DNA from: an uncultured Anaerolineae bacterium | GTDB taxonomy: Bacteria; Chloroflexota; Anaerolineae; JAADDB01 | Reading direction: 5' to 3' | Assembly: GCA_964487375.1 (NCBI GenBank) | Contig: CAZAQA010000012.1 | Span: 26,313-90,312, forward strand | Length of the DNA: 64,000 bases | Shown here: positions 58,063 through 64,000 of the stretch, in pieces | How the letters are laid out: each line of letters starts with the position of its first letter | Numbering within the stretch: position 1 is the stretch's first letter | Program-made: the position numbers and the translations under genes | The notes under the pieces: generated by a model | Told to the model about the DNA's origin: nothing | The model's input: the letters and a program-made list of their open reading frames with translations, nothing else | Databases searched by the model: none

Positions 58063-58977
58063 CTATGCCCGTCCCCGTGAGCGACGACGTGCGCGGCGCT
58101 CGCCACGTCCCTTTTCCCCCTGTTCACTTTCCCGCATGGCCATGATCCAGTGCCCGCAGTTCTCGTCCTTTCCTAGCAGCATGTCCGCGGCGAGAATAGT
58201 CTGGCGGATGTGGGGATCCAGAGGATTCGTGATGGCTGATGTCAGTCCACTGGCTATCGCCATTGCTAAGAAAGCAGCGTTCACGATGGGGCGACCGGGG
58301 AGGCCAAAGGAAATATTGCTGGCCCCGCAGACTGTGTTGACTCCCAGATCTTCCTGAACCATGCGGACAATGTCGAAGACTTGCTTACCTGCATTCTGAA
58401 CAGCGCCAACAGGTAAGGTCAAAGGATCGATAAGGATGTTTTCTGGAGGGATACCGTACGCAGCGGCACGCTTCACGATTTTCCTGGCGACAAGAAATCG
58501 TTCTTTCGGCTCGTAAAGGATTCCTCGTTCGTCGTTGCACAGACCGATAACGACGGCTCCGCGCTCTGCGACTAGAGGTAGAACAGTTTCCAATCGCTCA
58601 TCCTCTCCGGTGACCGAATTGACGATAGGTTTGCCGTTTGCTGCCTCCAATCCCGCCTTCAAGGCGGGAACGACTGACGAGTCAATGGAGATGGGAACGT
58701 CCACAACTTCCTGTATGGCCCGAATGGCCTCAACTATCACCTTGGGTTCGACTTCGTGCGGGTTCGAGACCCCTAGCCCCGCGTTCACGTCCAGGATATG
58801 GGCTCCTGCCTCTACCTGAGCGACGGCATCACGCTTCACTCGTTCATAATTTCCAACGCTCATTTCCGCAGCCAGTTTCTTGCGGCCGCTAGGGTTGATA
58901 CGTTCACCAATGATCACGAATGGGTGCTGCGGTCCGATCACAACCGTCTTAGTCGTTGAGCGCACAATTGTATCCAT
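58063..58977 (-). CDS. Stand-alone pterin-binding methyltetrahydrofolate:corrinoid methyltransferase (MeTr/AcsE; MetH folate domain)
   Basis: IGERINPSG, LDVN, SIDSS, VNSV, IDPL and GASNISFGLP. Start at 58977 after GGAGG. Confidence 0.85.
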   Translation of the reverse strand: MDTIVRSTTKTVVIGPQHPFVIIGERINPSGRKKLAAEMSVGNYERVKRDAVAQVEAGAHILDVNAGLGVSNPHEVEPKVIVEAIRAIQEVVDVPISIDSSVVPALKAGLEAANGKPIVNSVTGEDERLETVLPLVAERGAVVIGLCNDERGILYEPKERFLVARKIVKRAAAYGIPPENILIDPLTLPVGAVQNAGKQVFDIVRMVQEDLGVNTVCGASNISFGLPGRPIVNAAFLAMAIASGLTSAITNPLDPHIRQTILAADMLLGKDENCGHWIMAMRESEQGEKGRGERRARRRSRGRA

Positions 58978-59042
58978 ACGAATTCCTCCCATGTTCCGCG
59001 ATATTTAACTCTCTTGCTGGGCACAATGATGTGGAGTTGGTA

Positions 59043-60251
59043 CTACACCACGCCGGCGCGGTGCAGCTCCCGGATATATGCGTCGTCATACCCCAGTTCG
59101 TGCAAGATGTCGTCCGTGTGCTCCCCTAGGCGAGGAGGGGGCACTTGATATCGCGCCGGTGTGGCGCTGAAGTGCCCAGGGAAGGCCAGGTTACGAATCG
59201 TCCCGGCAGTGGGATGCTCCTGGGAAACGACCATTCCTCGTTCCAGGATGTGGGGCTCGTTCAAAGCTTCGTCCAGACGATAAATGGGGGCGGCAGGGAC
59301 ATTGGCCGCTTGGAAAATATCCAACCACTCGTCCGCTGACTTTTGTAAGAAGTGGGGTTCCAGAACGGTGTACAACGCTTCTCGGTGCTGCAGACGGTCG
59401 GGGTTCGTCGCAAAACGTGGGTCGGACATCAAGGATTCAAGGCCGACAGCCTGGCAAAATCTCTGCCAGATGGCTTCACTGCCTACGGCGAGAATGAAAT
59501 AGCGGCCATCTCCTGCGCGGAACGGCCGGTAAGGCGTAATCGTAGGATGGTCATTCCCTCGTCGCTTGGGAGGTTCTCCCAAAGCGAAATAAGCACCGGC
59601 AAGATTGGTCATCCAACTCAACTGACTTTCCAGGAGAGATACGTCAATAGCTTGGCCTACACCAGTACGCTCACGGTGGAACAGCGCGGCCAGAGTGGAG
59701 GCAAACGCATACACTCCCGCACTCATGTCTGCTAACGGAGAAGGAAACCGGTAGGGCTCATCGCTTTCGGCAGGCCCGGTCAAGGACATGCTACCGGACA
59801 TGGCTTGGGCCACAATATCGTAGCCGGGTGAACCGGCTCGCGAACCGGTATGACCAAAGCCGGTAATGCTCACATACACCAGGCGCGGATTGCGTGCCAA
59901 ACAACTTTCCGGGTCCAATCCCCGTTTTTTCAAGGACGACATGCGCGGCTGATTGGTGATAAACACATCTGCCTTTTCCAAGAGGCGCTGGAGGATGACC
60001 AGTCCCTCTTGACTCCGGATGTTCAACGTCAGACTTCGTTTGTTTCGGTTCGTCGAGAGGAAATAAGCACTCTGATCTCCCACATAGGGAGGTGCCCAAT
60101 GCCTGGATGCATCACCGCTGCCGACTCGTTCAATCTTGATAACGTCTGCTCCCAGGTCACCCAGGTACATAGCGCAGAAGGGACCGGCCAGTGCTTCTGT
60201 CAGTTCAATAACCCGAATACCGTCGAGAATGCCTGTTCGTTGATTCGACAT
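59043..60251 (-). CDS. CaiB/BaiF family III CoA-transferase
   Basis: LAGPFCAMYLGDLGADVIKIE, NRNKRSL, catalytic LAD and PPRLGEHT. Start at 60251 after GAGGTG. Confidence 0.93.
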   Translation of the reverse strand: MSNQRTGILDGIRVIELTEALAGPFCAMYLGDLGADVIKIERVGSGDASRHWAPPYVGDQSAYFLSTNRNKRSLTLNIRSQEGLVILQRLLEKADVFITNQPRMSSLKKRGLDPESCLARNPRLVYVSITGFGHTGSRAGSPGYDIVAQAMSGSMSLTGPAESDEPYRFPSPLADMSAGVYAFASTLAALFHRERTGVGQAIDVSLLESQLSWMTNLAGAYFALGEPPKRRGNDHPTITPYRPFRAGDGRYFILAVGSEAIWQRFCQAVGLESLMSDPRFATNPDRLQHREALYTVLEPHFLQKSADEWLDIFQAANVPAAPIYRLDEALNEPHILERGMVVSQEHPTAGTIRNLAFPGHFSATPARYQVPPPRLGEHTDDILHELGYDDAYIRELHRAGVV

Positions 60252-60312
60252 GGTACGCACCTCGTTTGATGAGTGTGTGGGATGATGAATCAGTTCGCCG
60301 ACTCCACGCCGA

Positions 60313-61455
60313 TTATTGAGAGGTCGATGCGACCGGAACTTGGCGAGGAGGACGGTGTGCTCTCCGCTCGCGCAATGACAAACCCGCACGCCCGTGTCGC
60401 ACTTGAGTCAATTCGGCCAGGATGGCCGTAGCAATTTCTGCGGGTGTTTCCGCCCCGATGTCAAGGCCCACGGGGGCGTACACTTGAGTCCATTGTTTTA
60501 CATCGATACCATATTGTTCTCGCAGCAATGTACGCACGGCCCGTGCCCGCCGTCGGCTACCGATTACGCCGATGTAGGGGTACCCACGGCCCCACAAAGC
60601 GGCGAGGCCGTGGACATCAAGGGCATGGCTGCGGGTGGCGAAAACCAGGTAAGTATTCTCGTCCGGGGTCAGAGTTGTCAAGGCCTCGACCAGGGGGCGG
60701 GTGATACGCTCATCTGCAGTCGGAAATCGCTCCGAAGTGGCAAACCCAGTCCTGTCATCTACAACGACGACATAATAACCATGCAAGGAAGCCATTTGGG
60801 CCAATGGGACTGCAATATGTCCTGCACCGACGATGACCAGCCGAGGCTGCGGCAACACGACATCGACAAAAACCCGAATGTCCGGCCCATCTACGGGAGA
60901 AAGCGTCACGATGCTGGACTTGCCGCGCGTTAGCGTCGCAGTTACAGGCTCCCGCAGGGCTGGCCAACGCCTGAAAAGGCCCCCCTCATCGACGGGTATG
61001 CCGTTCAACGTGATCAACGCCTGAGTTTGGGCATCGAACCGGTTCCCTTTCTCGTCAGGAAGCGGCACCACGCGCGCAATAAGGCAGCGGGAACGAATAT
61101 ATTTGACGAGGTGGTGCAGGAGCGCCATGGAAGTCGAAACGGGACGCCACGGCGTCAGTAAGACCCAATACACTCCGCCGCAGAGCCCCTTTGCTTCCAT
61201 GTGGATGGGACCGGTCAGGCTGATTCGGATGATTTCCGGCGTCCCTGTCTCGAGTACCCGTTTGGCCGCGAGGATAGCCTGATCTTCTCCCCCTCCCCCG
61301 CCGATGGTCCCGGCCAGCAGCCCCTCAGCGCCGACCAGCATGGAAGCGCCCACAGCCCGCGGTGTCGAGCCCTTCGTTTTGATGATGGTTGCCAGGGTCG
61401 CGACGTGACGTTCTCCCAGAAGTGCGTACAATGTATTGTAAATGGATTCGCTCAT
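60313..61455 (-). CDS. XdhC/CoxF-family molybdoenzyme maturation factor
   Basis: KGSTPRAVG, GTIGGG, CGG, VGAGHIA, DDR, YIGVIGSRRR and APVGLDIGAETPAEIA. Confidence 0.9.
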   Translation of the reverse strand: MSESIYNTLYALLGERHVATLATIIKTKGSTPRAVGASMLVGAEGLLAGTIGGGGGEDQAILAAKRVLETGTPEIIRISLTGPIHMEAKGLCGGVYWVLLTPWRPVSTSMALLHHLVKYIRSRCLIARVVPLPDEKGNRFDAQTQALITLNGIPVDEGGLFRRWPALREPVTATLTRGKSSIVTLSPVDGPDIRVFVDVVLPQPRLVIVGAGHIAVPLAQMASLHGYYVVVVDDRTGFATSERFPTADERITRPLVEALTTLTPDENTYLVFATRSHALDVHGLAALWGRGYPYIGVIGSRRRARAVRTLLREQYGIDVKQWTQVYAPVGLDIGAETPAEIATAILAELTQVRHGRAGLSLRERRAHRPPRQVPVASTSQ

Positions 61456-61685
61456 GGAACATCCGGCCTTATAATGGCGTCAAAAAGGCGATTCTGTTTG
61501 CCAAGACCATCGACGACACGAATTCGGCCCAAAACGGCGGGTGTCATGCTCTCCAGGCTCATCTATGTCCTGTTATCTCGCGATTTGGACAGTACCGCAA
61601 TTCTACCATCAAAAGTATACCTGGGACCTCCGAAATCGTCAACGTTGTCAGACAAGATGAATTCAGAGGAGAGGGGGAGGATTCA

Positions 61686-64000
61686 GTGAGGATTCCTCTC
61701 GTGAATTGTTCTATCATCCCGGTTCACAATGCCCTGGGGCGGTGGGTGGTCGCTTTACTCCTCCTCGTCTGGGGAGGAGCCGCAAGCCTCTACCTGATTG
61801 CCTGGCTGTTACCTCCTCCTGCGGCTATTGTACATCCTGTACCTTCCAACTTGATTCTCGACCGCCACGGCAATCTCCTTTACGAGTGGATTGACCCCAG
61901 TGGAGCTCAGCACCGTCCGATATCACTGGACCAGATGGCCCCGACTTGCATCCAGGCCACTTTGGCCACAGAGGACGCTCACTTTTACCAGCATCCGGGT
62001 GTGGACCCGGTAGCTATTGCCCGGAGCGTATACCGTCATTTCCGCTACGGTGAGCCCCTGGTGGGAGCCAGTACCCTCACACAGCAATTGGTCCGCCTTA
62101 CCCGGTTGACTCCCAAAGAACGTTATCGACGGACCTTGTGGCGCAAATTGAAAGAAGCTTGGCTGGCCTTCCGCTTGGAACGACATCTAACAAAAAACCA
62201 GATCCTGACTCAGTATTTGAATCAAGCGTATTACGGCAATTTCGCTATTGGCCTGGAAGCCGCGGCCCATGCGTATTTCGGCCAGCCTGCCCGTACTCTG
62301 GATCTGGCTCAGTGTGCATTGTTGGCCGGACTTCCCCAGGCCCCGGCAGAGTGGAATCCCATTGCCCATCCTTACGAGGCCAAAGCTCGACAGCGAGTGG
62401 TCTTGCGACGGATGCGCGACGAAGGCTTTATCACACCTGAAACGTACAAACAGGCTGAGCGAGAACCCCTGGCCTTTGTGTCCACTCCCTTTCCCATCGT
62501 TGCACCCCATTTTGTGGCCATGGTTCAAAGTCTGGTGGAGGAAAAGCTGGGGGTGGACCGGGTTCGGGCCGGAGGGTTGATCATCACCACCACACTGGAC
62601 ATTCACCTTCAGCGTCGAGCCGAAGAGGTTGTCAGACGCCAACTATATAGGCTGAATCATGACCCTGGGGCGCCTCCCGGACGACGTGTAACCAGCGCTG
62701 CCGTTGTTGTGCTTCGCCCCACAACCGGAGACGTCCTGGCACTGGTTGGCAGTCCGAACTACTTTGACCGCCCCAACGCCGGCGCAATGAACGGTGCTCT
62801 GGCCCTACGGCAACCAGGGTCGGCCATCAAGCCGATTGTCTATGCGACAGCGTTTGATCCTGTTCGGCCCCACCCATGGGGGCCAGCCACATTGGTCCTT
62901 GATGATCAAACGTTCTTTCCGGAGCCAGATGGGGGAACTTATGTACCGCAGAACTACGATATGCGATGGCATGGAATTCTGCCCGCCCGAGTGGCTTTGG
63001 CTGCTTCCTTCAATATTCCTGCAGTGAAGGCGTTGCAACATGCTGGTATCGACCCCTTTCTGGCCCTGGCCGACCGTCTGGGTCTGGGTTCACTCAGGCA
63101 AACGCCTGAATATGGTCTCTCGTTGGCCCTTGGGGCCGGGGAAGTCTCACTGTTGGGGCTCACGCGCGCGTACGCTATTTTTGCCAACGGTGGACACTCA
63201 CTACAGGCGCGCTATATTTTGGACGTCCGTTCACGAGACGGCCGCGCGCTTTGGGGGTCGACGAGTCGAAAGGTGGGACCCCTTGTTCTGGACCCGCGCG
63301 TGGCTTACTTGATTACGGATATCCTCGCTGATCGCTACGCTCGCGTTCCTACTTTTGGACTGAACAGCCCACTGGAACTGGACCGCCCAGCCGCCGTGAA
63401 GACAGGAACGACAACGGATTGGCGGGATGCCTGGACGGTAGGGTATACACCCGACGTTGTCACCGGAGTGTGGGTGGGAAATTGGGATGATACGCCCATG
63501 GAGCATCTAAGTGGTGCCAGTGCGGCAGCTCCCATCTGGCACGCAGTGATGACCTTTGCTCATCGTGGAGTGCCTCGTCATATCTTTCGTCGTCCCCGAG
63601 GGATCAAGACCATTCGTTTATGTGCGGAGAGCGGTCTGCCCGCTCGTCGCGGCTGTCCTCTGGTCAAACGAGACCTGGCCATCAAGGATGTCCCTTATGC
63701 ATTGGCTGAGTCCAAGGCCGTTCTTGACATGGCTCGGGGACAGACAAGGAGGCCTCCTTGGTCCTCAACAACGGCCAGCCGTTCCGCCACCCAGAAGCAG
63801 GGGAAGCCAGGGATGGTCTCCCAGCCTTCGGAAGGCCTGGTCAGCATCCGTTCCCCTGAGCCTGGGGCGACTTTCGCCCTGGCCGCCCAACTCCCGAGCA
63901 AGGAACAGTCCCTGGCACTGGAAGTACAGGCCCCCCACGGGAGCCAAGTCACGATATTGGTGGATGGCGCAGTCGTGGGACAACGAAATCGAGCTCCCTA
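61686..64000 (+). CDS. Class A penicillin-binding protein, PBP1C-like (3' truncated)
   Basis: Absent from the ORF track because it has no stop in the window. GTG at 61686 after GGAGG; TM helix, ILDRHG, transglycosylase EDAHF, GASTLTQQL, RKLKE, transpeptidase GSAIK, KTGTT and a BiPBP_C-like tail (IRSPEPGATF). Confidence 0.88.
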   Translation, partial: MRIPLVNCSIIPVHNALGRWVVALLLLVWGGAASLYLIAWLLPPPAAIVHPVPSNLILDRHGNLLYEWIDPSGAQHRPISLDQMAPTCIQATLATEDAHFYQHPGVDPVAIARSVYRHFRYGEPLVGASTLTQQLVRLTRLTPKERYRRTLWRKLKEAWLAFRLERHLTKNQILTQYLNQAYYGNFAIGLEAAAHAYFGQPARTLDLAQCALLAGLPQAPAEWNPIAHPYEAKARQRVVLRRMRDEGFITPETYKQAEREPLAFVSTPFPIVAPHFVAMVQSLVEEKLGVDRVRAGGLIITTTLDIHLQRRAEEVVRRQLYRLNHDPGAPPGRRVTSAAVVVLRPTTGDVLALVGSPNYFDRPNAGAMNGALALRQPGSAIKPIVYATAFDPVRPHPWGPATLVLDDQTFFPEPDGGTYVPQNYDMRWHGILPARVALAASFNIPAVKALQHAGIDPFLALADRLGLGSLRQTPEYGLSLALGAGEVSLLGLTRAYAIFANGGHSLQARYILDVRSRDGRALWGSTSRKVGPLVLDPRVAYLITDILADRYARVPTFGLNSPLELDRPAAVKTGTTTDWRDAWTVGYTPDVVTGVWVGNWDDTPMEHLSGASAAAPIWHAVMTFAHRGVPRHIFRRPRGIKTIRLCAESGLPARRGCPLVKRDLAIKDVPYALAESKAVLDMARGQTRRPPWSSTTASRSATQKQGKPGMVSQPSEGLVSIRSPEPGATFALAAQLPSKEQSLALEVQAPHGSQVTILVDGAVVGQRNRAP

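Noticed and set aside
1-64000. Mobile elements, prophage, CRISPR, rRNA or tRNA
   Set aside because: I found no transposase, integrase, phage structural gene, regularly spaced repeat array or cloverleaf on reading both strands.

Overview
Ordinary, gene-dense bacterial chromosome segment. It is most likely Chloroflexota (Anaerolineae-like). That is an inference from the VTKEVEKV and Pro/Thr lipoprotein stalks, the large SRP RNA, the PHP-AlbA_2 protein and PBP1C; it was not checked by search. I see no transposase, integrase, prophage, CRISPR array, rRNA or tRNA. Main content: (1) 1-13.2 kb, a co-directional glucosylglycerate-type compatible-solute cluster (YcjNOP-like ABC importer, three GT4 glycosyltransferases, GntR-SBP fusion, USP-GpgS fusion, histidine phosphatase, glucosylglycerate phosphorylase); (2) GGT, a DUF2079 membrane protein, and MarR with a heterodimeric ABC exporter; (3) a PHP-AlbA_2 protein, GT39, SDR, FAD oxidoreductase and a large Alu-type SRP RNA; (4) housekeeping genes purA, tlyA, scpB, ppaC, aspS, parC-like and truD; (5) a sugar ABC operon whose binding protein is internally duplicated with a 566-bp identical block; (6) degenerate lutB/lutC, stand-alone MeTr, CoA-transferase, XdhC and a truncated PBP1C-like gene. 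The most striking observation is at 36635-37827: two translationally coupled genes directly behind scpB, each fusing an XRE helix-turn-helix to a C-terminal Hfq/Sm-like fold. This suggests a heteromeric Sm ring that couples RNA and DNA binding. All family calls come from motifs I recognised by eye; no database searches were run.
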